Assembly (NCBI GenBank): GCA_963666355.2
Contig: CAXXCP010000002.1
Span: forward strand, 18,101-82,100
Direction of reading: 5' to 3'
Origin: an uncultured Methanoregula sp.
Lineage (GTDB): Archaea > Halobacteriota > Methanomicrobia > Methanomicrobiales > Methanospirillaceae
Length of the DNA stretch: 64,000 nt
Below are positions 20,227 through 29,799 of the stretch, piece after piece (the stretch's first letter is position 1; every line of letters begins with the position of its first letter). Position numbers and translations under genes: made by a program. The notes under the pieces were generated by a model that searched no databases, had not been told where the DNA came from, and saw only the letters and a list, made by a program, of their open reading frames with translations.

Positions 20227-21282
20227 TCACGTTGTTCCCGATACTTTCCGGGCGATGGTCATGGCGGACTGTGCATCGACCGGAATAATTTTCTGCACAA
20301 CAAGACCGTGATCTGCCAGCTTCCGGTTATACTCGGCAAGCGGTACGCTGTCTGCAAATACGTACCGTTTTGCCTGTTTCTGCACCCCCTCGAAAGCCCA
20401 GAGGTTCCATTCAAGACTGACCCATGGATCGGGAGTGTCATCGTCCGCTGCCTGTTTATTGATGTAGAGCCCTCCCGGGCTCAGGGCATCAGCGATCTTC
20501 GGGATAAGCGAAGGGATCTTTCCTCCGGGATTTGAGGATGAGAAGATAATATCGTATCCGCTGCCGATAGGATCGGTGAAGAAATCCCCGGGAAGTACCG
20601 CCACCCGATCGGCCCGGTATCTCGCGATGAAGTCCCGGGTTGCACCGGTTACCGGAGGCAGATCGAAGACGGTTGCTTCGAGTCCGGGATTTTTCTGGCA
20701 GAACGCGATGGCATAGAGCCCATGTCCTCCCCCGAGATCCAGCAGTCTCTTTGCAGCGTGAAACTCCGGAAGCCCGGCAACCTGCGAGGTCACCTGCTGG
20801 AGAAGCCCGCACCGGCAGCTGTCCGCCATTGATGGGATAATGACATCCCGGAACATCTGCGCCCGGTCATACGTGGCCGGGCCATTCTTCAGGATAGCAG
20901 GGAGATCCGCCCAGAGCCCGGCACGCCGGCGCTGGAAGGAGAGGGCATGGTGCTGGCTGAACGGCGCGTCGCGGATGAAATAAGTCTCTGCAAGATTGCT
21001 TGTTCGGAATTTTCCCCCCTCCTTTTCCAGGAGGTTCCCCGATGCAAGTCCTTCGCATAAAAGATCCATCAGGTTCTCCTTGCACCCGAGCACCCGGGCG
21101 CAGTCGCTGCTTGTCATCGGCTCGCGGAGAAGATCGAAGAGCCCGAGATCCAGGGCCGTTGTCACCGCATGGAACTGTCGCACACCCGTAAGTGCTGTAT
21201 CGAAAAAGGCTAGGGGAGCAGTCCCGGTAATCTCCGGCACCGCAGCGAGATCAGGAACTCCTTCCGGGTTGTCGCGCATCAT
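20227..21282 (-). CDS. SAM-dependent O-methyltransferase-like protein with N-terminal dimerization domain
   Basis: ALDLGLFDLL, LLDLGGGHG, VFDLP, GDFF. Confidence 0.88.
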   Translation of the reverse strand: MMRDNPEGVPDLAAVPEITGTAPLAFFDTALTGVRQFHAVTTALDLGLFDLLREPMTSSDCARVLGCKENLMDLLCEGLASGNLLEKEGGKFRTSNLAETYFIRDAPFSQHHALSFQRRRAGLWADLPAILKNGPATYDRAQMFRDVIIPSMADSCRCGLLQQVTSQVAGLPEFHAAKRLLDLGGGHGLYAIAFCQKNPGLEATVFDLPPVTGATRDFIARYRADRVAVLPGDFFTDPIGSGYDIIFSSSNPGGKIPSLIPKIADALSPGGLYINKQAADDDTPDPWVSLEWNLWAFEGVQKQAKRYVFADSVPLAEYNRKLADHGLVVQKIIPVDAQSAMTIARKVSGTT

Positions 21283-21289
21283 CGCACCA

Positions 21290-22426
21290 TCATTTTACGA
21301 TTGTTCCAAACGGGACGAACCCACCAAAGAGCGACTTCATTTCGGCATAAACCGGCTTCCCGTTGAGCGCAGAATAAATCTCGTTTGCCTTCTGTTCGGG
21401 ATCCACATCGGCGAACTGCGCGGGATACAGCATCTTCCCAATGAAGTATGCGTCGGCAAGGACCGTATCGTAATTGTTGGCGTACCAGTTATACGGCATC
21501 ACGCCGTAAACCCGGCCGTTCTTCACAGCAGAGAGCGACTGGTATACCGGGTCCTTGAGGTCCTCCTTCACGAGCGAGTAACTCGCCTCATCGACAAAGA
21601 TGACGTCCGGATCCCATTCCAGCAGTTTCTCCTTGTCGATCATCATCTGGCCGTTCTGGCCGGCCGGTGTGGCGACATTGTTCCCGTTTACCATCGGGAG
21701 CGGTGAGTAGCCGGGATCGGTCGAGAGGAACCCGTGGGCCCCGTTAAAGGCGATTCCGCCAACAAACACTTTCGGGCGCTTGTCAGCGGGGATATCTTTT
21801 GTCCGGGCTTTCAGGTCCCCGATGGTACTGTCGATGTACGTGGTGATCGATTCTGCCCGGTCCTCTTTCTTCAGGATCTTTGCCATGAGACGCAGGGACT
21901 GGTAAAACGCGTCTTTATTCTTCCCGAGATCCCCGGTTACAAGGGTGATAACCGGCCGGCCGCTCTTCTCCTGAAGCGTCTGTGCATCCCTGCCGGTCGT
22001 GAACGTGTAGAAGATGACGTCGGGGTTCTGTGCGGCGATCAGCTCGGGATCGCCGGTCTTCCCGCCGATAAAGGGTTTTGTTGCGAGATCCGGGTTCGCG
22101 AGGTTGTAGGGCTTGTCGACCCCTGACGGCATGCCAAAGCCACTGGTATTGTACTTCACCTGCTCGCGGTCATCGACTCCGACAACCCGGTCGGCGGCAT
22201 TGAGGTAGCAGATCATCCGGAGCGCTCCTGCCCCGACTCCGATGATCCGCTGCGGGTTCTGTTTCACATCGACGGTCCGGTTCGTCATGTCAGTAACGGC
22301 GATGGTTGGGGAAGCTGTCTCTGTCGAGGCCGGGACTGTTTTTTGTTCTGTACATCCGGCAAAGAGAAGCATACCCGTAAGGAGCATCAAGCCGACGATA
22401 TGTATAACCAGTGTACTATTTTTCAT
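21290..22426 (-). CDS. Metal-chelate ABC substrate-binding lipoprotein (FepB/BtuF fold)
   Basis: Lipobox FAGC, VTDMTNRTV, NPDVIF, EWDPDVI, SAVKNGRVY. Confidence 0.9.
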   Translation of the reverse strand: MKNSTLVIHIVGLMLLTGMLLFAGCTEQKTVPASTETASPTIAVTDMTNRTVDVKQNPQRIIGVGAGALRMICYLNAADRVVGVDDREQVKYNTSGFGMPSGVDKPYNLANPDLATKPFIGGKTGDPELIAAQNPDVIFYTFTTGRDAQTLQEKSGRPVITLVTGDLGKNKDAFYQSLRLMAKILKKEDRAESITTYIDSTIGDLKARTKDIPADKRPKVFVGGIAFNGAHGFLSTDPGYSPLPMVNGNNVATPAGQNGQMMIDKEKLLEWDPDVIFVDEASYSLVKEDLKDPVYQSLSAVKNGRVYGVMPYNWYANNYDTVLADAYFIGKMLYPAQFADVDPEQKANEIYSALNGKPVYAEMKSLFGGFVPFGTIVK

Positions 22427-22944
22427 AATAATTCCACCAAATATTGTTACGTCTTTGTAATATCGTAGCATTAAGTGAATAAAAAGTATTTCGATTTAAT
22501 ATTTATTTTTACTAATTTTTTTTATAAGACATTACTTTGAAGGAGGATTTAACCCCGCTGAAAACTTTCCCCGGAAAATTTTCCGAAGAAATGTGAAGAG
22601 AAAAACCGAAAAACAGCGAAAACCCGCCGACTTTTGTTTTGTTTGTGCAAGGACCGTTGAATCCCGACCTTACATACACATCATTGAAGGGTTTTATCGG
22701 GCAGGTTGTGCCTCCCCAGGTGGCTCGTGGCCCTGCAACTTATCGTCACGTAAATTCTTGAATTCCGGGCGATGATACAAAAAGACCTGGAATACCTGCT
22801 GCCCGAGGTTTTTACTCTCTGTGCCGCAAAGGACCGTCCAGGGTTTCGTCCCCGGCTTAATTTTCCGGTACTGGTTCGGGCAGAAAAATCGATCCCATCC
22901 CTGAACACTTGAAATACACTAAGAACCGCTGCTTTCCGGAAAAA

Positions 22945-23427
22945 TTATTTCATCACCTCAACCGGATCGATGTTCGCGTCGATGAGGCAATCAAATTTGA
23001 TAGTATTCATCCATCCGGCTTTCTCGAACATGTGCATGAAGCAGACGCCGATGACTGCTGCACCGGGATGCCTGGTGACAACTGCCTTGACCTGCTCTGC
23101 CGTAACCGGCACATTGGGCATCGAAAGCCCGCCCATGATGACGACGGCCCTGGGTTTGAAGGTTACCGGACCCGGGCAGGCCTGCATGCCAACATGATCG
23201 ACATGACCGATCTTTGTTGCCCGGTCTTCATCCACCAAAGGAACGAAGACCTGTTCCGGTTCGAGCGACCTGATCGCGAACGCGAGGAGCTCGACGAACG
23301 GCGTGCAGGTTCCCGGGACCCCGTAATAGACGATCTGGTCGCCCTTTTTCAATCCCTTGTTCACGATAAATTCCTTGAACGGGCGCAGGATGCCCGGGAC
23401 ACCGTGGAAGATCTCCTTTTCAGTCAT
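22945..23427 (-). CDS. Conserved methanogen protein (DUF2124-like)
   Basis: GVPGTCTPFVELLAF, GGLSMP, GVCFMHMFEKAGW. Confidence 0.8.
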   Translation of the reverse strand: MTEKEIFHGVPGILRPFKEFIVNKGLKKGDQIVYYGVPGTCTPFVELLAFAIRSLEPEQVFVPLVDEDRATKIGHVDHVGMQACPGPVTFKPRAVVIMGGLSMPNVPVTAEQVKAVVTRHPGAAVIGVCFMHMFEKAGWMNTIKFDCLIDANIDPVEVMK

Positions 23428-23526
23428 GATAGATCAACAGTCCCTTGTCCAGATTATTATACCATCGTTTTTTACCGGATCCGTCCCCGGATTGAGTTGA
23501 GCGCGGGTCTCCTGAATTACAGAGAG

Positions 23527-23724
23527 CCCCTCAAAAAAACCTGAATAAAAGATGTGAAGAAAGGACTCGTGATCATCAGATAGCTGGCCGGAAGAAGGAA
23601 CGGTTTGTGCAGCTGTCCTGGAAAGGAATGCCATAGAATTTCTGGAAGAACCTGACCCCCTCTGCGGTGCACGTAATACCGGTTACTCCGCAGGAATGCG
23701 GGGGAGCCGTGAAGCCGGCGATGC
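23527..23724. repeat. Collapsed relic of the radical SAM/mod cassette (both ends only)
   Basis: 23527-23663 aligns with 30858-30994 (23571-23642 identical to 30902-30973); 23661-23724 aligns with the reverse complement of 44844-44906. Confidence 0.92.
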
Positions 23725-24000
23725 GCTATAATATCCCGTGGGGCTTGGGATCAAGAAATGGTTTGACAGATAAGGGAATGACCGTTGCAATGGTGGAATG
23801 CACAGAGAAGAACCACGGGCGAAAATCCCTCCAGATCCCCAAAGACCAGCGACAAGTTCCGGATGAATTTCATTAATCCCCTGGACACCCCGTGCTCCGC
23901 TGGGTTGGATAGGAATACCGGTGATATCAGGAAACGGAGAATGAACGGTTCCAATCGGGAGATCGGTGAAAGCTTCGGGATTATCTTCAGACTCTGGCAT
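23725..24000 (-). pseudogene. TsaA/TrmO-like pseudogene (5' part, frameshifted)
   Basis: PIGTVHSPF...PIQPSGARGVQG in one frame, DLEGFS.VVLL..FH in another; truncated. Confidence 0.75.
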
Positions 24001-24103
24001 AACCAACAGGCACCCCTGGTACTGAAAAACCCGGACTGCTGTAATAATGACGGCGTTGTCTGTGTTTCATCAGGTTTTGAGGATTTTGTGTATGATGTGA
24101 CAG

Positions 24104-24131
24104 TTTAAATTATTTATGCGCATATGTGTAA
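24104..24131 (+). promoter_or_regulatory. TATA box plus operator-like motif, copy 1
   Basis: TTTAAAT then TATTTATGCGCATATGTGTAA; 20/21 identical to 27104-27124. Confidence 0.7.
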
Positions 24132-24147
24132 AAATAAGTGGTTGATC

Positions 24148-24483
24148 ATGAAAGTATGTTTTACCGCAAAAGGAACAACCCTTGACGCTCTCATGGAGGA
24201 GAGGTTCGGGCGTGCGCCGTATTTTATTGTTGTCGAGAGCGTGACTGGATCTTTTGAGGCAATAAAGAACCCGTTTGCAGATGGCGGTGGCGGTGTTGGC
24301 CCCAAGGCAGCTCAGCTTCTCATAGCGAATAATGTTAAAGCGCTGGTCAGCGGGCAGGTAGGCGGGAACGCACAGGAAGTTCTTGCAGCCGCAGGAATTG
24401 AAATGTACACGTACCGCGATGGTGGGTCGGTACAAGATGCACGCGACCAGTTCGCGAAAAATGCCCTTGCCCGATCCGGATAA
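24148..24483 (+). CDS. NifB/NifX family protein
   Basis: RFGRAPYF, GGGVG, GQVGGNA. Confidence 0.88.
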   Translation: MKVCFTAKGTTLDALMEERFGRAPYFIVVESVTGSFEAIKNPFADGGGGVGPKAAQLLIANNVKALVSGQVGGNAQEVLAAAGIEMYTYRDGGSVQDARDQFAKNALARSG

Positions 24484-24546
24484 ACCGATGCAGCGAACAA
24501 GACGTAGTCGTGGGATTCTGAGAATGGGCGATTGGCTGGGCGTACC

Positions 24547-25398
24547 ATGAAGATCGCAGTTGCCAGTGGAAAAGGCGGGACCGGCAAGAGCATGGTGGCA
24601 GCAAATCTCGCATATACGCTTGCATGGACCCGGCAGGTTACTGTTGTTGACTGCGACGTTGAGGAGCCCAACCTCCACCTTTTCTTTCCGGCACCAGCCT
24701 CGACACGGGATGTCACGATGCCGATACCGGTCATCGATGAAATGAAGTGCCAGCACTGCGGGAAGTGCGGGGAGTTCTGCCAGTATGGCGCCCTGACCGT
24801 TCTGCCAAACCGCATCCTCCTCTTCACCGAGCTCTGTCATTCCTGCGGCGGATGCGCGCTGGTCTGCCCGAACAATGCCATTCATGAAGAGCCAAAACGG
24901 ATCGGCACCCTATCGGTATCGAACCCGCAACCCGGCCTGAAACTGATCTCAGGAACGCTCGACAAGGGAAGCCCGCACGCGGTGCCGGTTATCCGGGAGG
25001 CAAAGAAACAGGCAGCTCACGACTCTTGTGTTATCCTCGACACAGCGCCAGGCACATCCCGCCCGGTGGTCGAAGCACTTGACGGGTGCGATGCGTGTAT
25101 CCTTGTCACAGAATCAACACAGTTCGGCCTGCACGATCTCCAGCTTGCTGTTGATGTTGCTGCCCGGCTTGGTATCCCCACCGGCATCGTTATCAACCGG
25201 AGCGACGGGAAGGATGAAGAGACCCTCCGGTTCTGTATCGATCACGACCTCGAAATCATGATGACGATCCCGTTCAGCCGTGAGATCGCCGCTATCCAGA
25301 ACCGGGGCGATCTTCTCTGCCGGGCACGGCCGGAGTATCAGAAGGACTTCTGCGCTCTCTTCTTCAAATGCAGGGGGCTAACCGGAGTGGAGCGATGA
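24547..25398 (+). CDS. MinD-superfamily P-loop ATPase with inserted ferredoxin domain
   Basis: ASGKGGTGKS, DCDVEEPN, two CxxCxxCxxxC motifs. Confidence 0.9.
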   Translation: MKIAVASGKGGTGKSMVAANLAYTLAWTRQVTVVDCDVEEPNLHLFFPAPASTRDVTMPIPVIDEMKCQHCGKCGEFCQYGALTVLPNRILLFTELCHSCGGCALVCPNNAIHEEPKRIGTLSVSNPQPGLKLISGTLDKGSPHAVPVIREAKKQAAHDSCVILDTAPGTSRPVVEALDGCDACILVTESTQFGLHDLQLAVDVAARLGIPTGIVINRSDGKDEETLRFCIDHDLEIMMTIPFSREIAAIQNRGDLLCRARPEYQKDFCALFFKCRGLTGVER

Positions 25399-26278
25399 TC
25401 CGGCTTGCAGTCATCAGCGGAAAGGGCGGTACGGGAAAGACGATGATCACCGGTGCACTTGCCCACCTGTTGATAGGATCCATGGTTCTCGCGGACTGCG
25501 ACGTGGATGCGGCAAACCTTGAGCTTCTTTTAAATCCGAAACTGAACTGCACGGAGCCGTTCATGGGGATGAAAACGGCTGTCATTGATACAACGCACTG
25601 TACCCGATGCGATACGTGCGTGGAACACTGCCGTTTTGGTGCGATTGAACGCGACGGGGAAAAATACCGGGTCAACCCGCTCCGCTGTGAGGGGTGTGCA
25701 GTGTGCGTTTATGTCTGTCCCGTTGCCATTACGATGCAGCCGCGACAGACGGGGGAGATCAAGTGCTCGGATACCTTGGGGAGGCGCCTCGTGCACGCCC
25801 GGCTTGTGCCAGGTGCAGGAAACTCCGGGCTCCTTGTCCACGCGGTGAAAAAAACCGCCATTGAACATAACCCGGACTGCAATCTGATCCTGATTGACGG
25901 ACCCCCAGGAACCGGCTGCCCGCTCATCTCAACAATCACCGGTACGGATATCGTTCTGATTGTCACCGAACCGAGTATATCGGGGCTCCACGATCTCAAA
26001 CGGGTTGTTGCGGTCTGCCGGCAGTTCCGGCCCCGAATCTTTGTTGCCATCAACCGGTTCGATCTCGAATTGTCGTTTACGGAAAACATCCGAAACTGGT
26101 GCGATGAAGAGAAGATTCCCGTGATCGGGAAGATCCCCCCTTCGATCCTGCGGTCATTGAATCGGTCAGGAGAGGTGTCCCGGTCACGGATTCCGGCGCA
26201 ACGTCCGCAGCGCAAGCCATTCAAATACTGGCAACCCATCTGGAACAGGAGCTGAGGATCCTTGGAAAAAAGCGGTGA
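25395..26278 (+). CDS. Second MinD-type ATPase with ferredoxin domain; apparent frameshift near 26135-26140
   Basis: SGKGGTGKT, DCDVDAAN, DGPPGTGCP; family-like C-terminus FDPAVIESVRRGVPV continues in another frame to a stop at 26278. Confidence 0.82.
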
Positions 26279-26723
26279 GGGCAAAGAATGCTGTCGGCCA
26301 CGGGGACGGCCCCGCATGAACCGGGCACTCGCTGGTGGTCCGTCCGGAAGATGCTATGCGCCGCAGTGCAATTCGGGTGAACAGAATGAGGTAGTCCAAC
26401 TCCTTCCTGAAGAGCTGACAGCGCTGGACCTGATTGATGTACGGGGTCTCGAACAGGAAGAGGCGGCGGTCATGCTTGGTGTTTCACGGAAGACGATCTG
26501 GCGGGATATTCATGAAGCACGCCACAAAATTGCGGATGCGATTCTCAATGGAAAAACGATCCAGATGGAAGGATGTGCGCGACGGCTCAAGGGGCATTGT
26601 CCGAAACGGGACGAGACCCTCTGCCCGAAAAGTGGGGGCGGCCGCTGTCCGAGAACGACCATGAAACAGGATGAAAGGACCGGTGAACCCGATGACAAAC
26701 CTGCCCCCCATGACCATTCCTGA
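26262..26723 (+). CDS. DUF134 family predicted DNA-binding protein
   Basis: RGRPR, EELTALDLIDVRGLEQEEAAVMLGVSRKTIWR helix-turn-helix, ARHKIADAI. Confidence 0.88.
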   Translation: MEKSGEGKECCRPRGRPRMNRALAGGPSGRCYAPQCNSGEQNEVVQLLPEELTALDLIDVRGLEQEEAAVMLGVSRKTIWRDIHEARHKIADAILNGKTIQMEGCARRLKGHCPKRDETLCPKSGGGRCPRTTMKQDERTGEPDDKPAPHDHS

Positions 26724-27003
26724 AGCTGCGGATGTGTTTGGCCTTACCAGCGGTGCAAGCCTGAACGGCATACATGCCCGGTTCCATGAACTCGTCAAAG
26801 AATGGCACCCGGATGTGTCGGAGCACGATCCGGATCTTTCCCATACCACGTTCATCCGCATAAAAGAGGCGTACGATGTTCTCATCGAATACGGCATGAA
26901 CTATGAATTGTCGTTCCGGGCCGAAGATATCAGGAAAGGTACGGATTATGATTCCCGAAAATTCTGGATGGAACATTTCGGTGATGACCCTATCTGGGGC
27001 TGA
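26692..27003 (+). CDS. Stand-alone J-domain protein
   Basis: LVKEWHPD, IKEAYDVL. Confidence 0.8.
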   Translation: MTNLPPMTIPEAADVFGLTSGASLNGIHARFHELVKEWHPDVSEHDPDLSHTTFIRIKEAYDVLIEYGMNYELSFRAEDIRKGTDYDSRKFWMEHFGDDPIWG

Positions 27004-27096
27004 ATCCCTTGTTACGGCAGGGGACTGTCCGCACCAATTTTTACGCCATAATAATCGAACCGAACCCTTTTAAAAAAAAATTGCCTGAACAAGCTC

Positions 27097-27124
27097 TTTT
27101 AAGTATTTATGCGCATATGAGTAA
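27097..27124 (+). promoter_or_regulatory. TATA box plus operator-like motif, copy 2
   Basis: TTTTAAG then TATTTATGCGCATATGAGTAA. Confidence 0.7.
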
Positions 27125-27159
27125 TTAAAGGTACCAAAAAGGTGCCGGGAGAATTCACC

Positions 27160-27414
27160 ATGTCAGGATTGAATGGAACAGGACCTCATGCGAATGGTCC
27201 TATGAATGGCAGAGGCTTTGGCAGGTGCCGCACGATCGCTGCACCTGAGCAGGAGCCTGCTGTCGCAGTACAGCAAGCCGGTGAAGAGAGCGGGACTGCA
27301 TTATCGCAGGAATCCGTACAGAAAAACCCGGCCTTCGGCCGCGGGCGCGGGGGCGTTCCCTGCGGGTGCGGACAGGGTTTCGGGTTCGGCGGCGGCAGAC
27401 GCCTTCGGGGATAA
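27160..27414 (+). CDS. Gly/Arg-rich small protein (DUF5320-like)
   Basis: GTGP..GPMNGRGFGRC N-terminus, GRGRGG tail. Confidence 0.75.
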   Translation: MSGLNGTGPHANGPMNGRGFGRCRTIAAPEQEPAVAVQQAGEESGTALSQESVQKNPAFGRGRGGVPCGCGQGFGFGGGRRLRG

Positions 27415-27440
27415 GAATCCCATTTTTCGAGGTTATTATC

Positions 27441-27797
27441 ATGAAAGTCGCAATTGCAAAAGAAGGAGACTTCGTCTCCGAGCATTTCGGACACTGTACC
27501 GAGTATGCAGTATTCACTATCGAAAATTCAAAAATTATCTCACGAGAGATTATCGAAAGTCCCGGACACGAGCCGGGAAAGCTGCCGGTATTCCTTGCCG
27601 GGTATAAAGTCACCCACGTTCTTGCGGGCGGTATGGGCCCCCGGGCAGTTGACTTATTCTGTCAGAATAATATCGAGGTATTCCTTGGAGTACGAGGTAA
27701 AATTGAAACCGTAGTCAGGGATTTCATGGCAGGAAAGATTGCTCAGGGCGAGAGCAGCTGCTCCCACGGGCCCGATCATGAGTGCAGCGGGCATTAA
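27441..27797 (+). CDS. NifB/NifX family protein
   Basis: HFGHC, LAGGMGPRA, His/Cys-rich tail. Confidence 0.88.
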   Translation: MKVAIAKEGDFVSEHFGHCTEYAVFTIENSKIISREIIESPGHEPGKLPVFLAGYKVTHVLAGGMGPRAVDLFCQNNIEVFLGVRGKIETVVRDFMAGKIAQGESSCSHGPDHECSGH

Positions 27798-28497
27798 TGC
27801 CTCTGTCTCCGTGCACGTTCCTGCAAGATAAGACAATACACATCCCGAAGAACGAGTCTGTTTAACCCGGGAAGCCGCCCGGGTATGGCCTCTTAACGCC
27901 TGGATCATACGATACTGATAATTATGACACCACACACTGAAGGAAACCCGGAAACGAAGGGTGAATCTCATGCCCCCAAAGGGCTGCCACCGAAAGCTAA
28001 GATCGATGTCAAACACGTAATTCTTGTCCTGAGTGGTAAGGGAGGCGTGGGCAAATCGACGGTCTCAACCAATCTCGCTTCGGCCCTTGCGGCCCACGGG
28101 AGGAATGTCGGACTGCTTGATCTCGACATTCACGGCCCCAACATCCCCAAGATGCTGGGCATCGAGGACCAGCGGCCAGCTGTTCTCGAAAAACACATGG
28201 AACCGGTTCACGTGACCGGGAACCTGTCGGTCATGTCGATGGCGTTCCTTCTTCCGGACACGAGTTCACCGGTCATCTGGCGCGGGCCGATGAAGATGGC
28301 GGTAATCGGGCAGTTCCTCTCGGACGTGAACTGGGGAGCACTTGATTACCTGATCGTTGATCTCCCCCCCGGGACAGGGGACGAAGCTCTCTCCATTGTC
28401 CAGCTGGCTCCGAATGTCCAGGGCGCCGTGATTGTCACCACGCCACAGGATGTAGCAGTTCTCGATTCAGTGAAGGCTGTGAAATTTATCGAAAAAC

Positions 28498-29493
28498 TGC
28501 TCTGTAGAAAACCTCTTCAAAATCGACGGCACCATGGACCGAAAGATCTAAGGTACATTGTCTCCATACTAGAGTGTGTGCTCAAAAAGTACAGAGACTA
28601 GTAAGAAATCGACGAGCCGGAATATCAGGTTTATCCGAGCAGCGATTTCGATCGTGAAAGCAATACGACTCAGTCCGTATTCCTGTAAATATTCGAAAAA
28701 GATCTACACCCGGTATCAACTTCTCGTCCTGATTCTCTTCAAAGACTATCGGAATCAGCATTATCGCGAATTTGTTGAAGATATCGGAGACATGGAGTCG
28801 ATCCAAAAGGAGTTGGAACTATCAGTCGTCCCTCATTTCACGACTCTTCAGAAATTCTTCTGTCGGATAAAAACCCTGTACCTCCGCTACGCATTCAGGA
28901 AAACGACGAGTCTGTTCTATTCCAACGATGATCCAATTGCGATTACCGCTGTCGATTCGTCCGGGTTTACCAGCGGATATTCGAGTCACTATTACTCAGC
29001 CAGAACCGGCAAAATCCGAAAACATTTCCTGAAAACTTCGATCTCGGTTGACACCGACACACAAGCGATCACCGGATTCATCACTTCGAAAAGCCGAGTT
29101 CACGATACCCGGCATGCAGCCAGGTTACTCCCACAATGTCACAAGATACGACGGTCAGAGTGTTACGTTATGGATCGGGGATACGACTCCGAAGCGATTC
29201 ATCGTCAGGTTCGGGAGGAACTGCTCGCTGACTCCATCATCCCGATCCGTTCCTGGAACAATCAGATTATCGGAGGAAAGTACCGAAACGAGATGGCTGG
29301 AGAATTCGATGATACCAGATACCGGAGAAGACAACTTGTCGAGAACAAGTTCTCTGTCCTGAAAAGAAAGTTCGGTGGCGATCTAAAGGCTCGAATATTC
29401 TCAATTCAGAGAAAGGAAATCGCAGGGAAAATGATTGTTTGTAACATCCACAAGTTCTTACAATTTCTCGTCATGGAGGTTTTCTACAGAGCA
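28498..29493 (+). mobile_element. IS5-family insertion sequence (ISH1-like group), 996 bp
   Basis: Perfect 18-bp TIR TGCTCTGTAGAAAACCTC; 8-bp TSD CGAAAAAC at 28490-28497 and 29494-29501. Confidence 0.92.
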
Positions 29494-29676
29494 CGAAAAA
29501 CTGGATCTGCCGGTCATCGGGATCATCGAAAACATGAGCGGGATGATCTGTCCGCACTGCAGTGGAACTATCGACCTGTTCGGCAAGGGTGGCGGGAAGA
29601 GGGCGGCCGGGGATCTCGGCGTACCCTATCTCGGATCCATTCCGCTCGATCCCGCAATGGTAAAAGCCGGGGATGA
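28576..29676 (+). CDS. IS5-family DDE transposase, reading through the right end
   Basis: [30 protein letters not shown]. Confidence 0.9.
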   Translation: MCSKSTETSKKSTSRNIRFIRAAISIVKAIRLSPYSCKYSKKIYTRYQLLVLILFKDYRNQHYREFVEDIGDMESIQKELELSVVPHFTTLQKFFCRIKTLYLRYAFRKTTSLFYSNDDPIAITAVDSSGFTSGYSSHYYSARTGKIRKHFLKTSISVDTDTQAITGFITSKSRVHDTRHAARLLPQCHKIRRSECYVMDRGYDSEAIHRQVREELLADSIIPIRSWNNQIIGGKYRNEMAGEFDDTRYRRRQLVENKFSVLKRKFGGDLKARIFSIQRKEIAGKMIVCNIHKFLQFLVMEVFYRARKTGSAGHRDHRKHERDDLSALQWNYRPVRQGWREEGGRGSRRTLSRIHSARSRNGKSRG

Positions 29677-29799
29677 GGGACGCCCATATGTGCTTCGTCA
29701 TGCTGATACGCCAACGTGGAAAGCGGTTGATGCCGTCATGGAGAACCTGGTGAAACGGGTTGAGTCCTGAAGGGACTAATGGAAAAAGGAACGTTTTGC

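Larger units (their letters stand above)
27924..29770 (+). pseudogene. mrp: Mrp/NBP35 (ApbC) Fe-S carrier ATPase interrupted by an IS5-family element
   Basis: [25 protein letters not shown] before the IS; IENMS, CPHC after; removing the IS and one repeat restores KFIEKLDLPV in frame. Confidence 0.92.

Noticed and set aside
22593-22920. Short ORFs between the SBP gene and the DUF2124-like gene
   Set aside because: No recognisable motifs or convincing start signals
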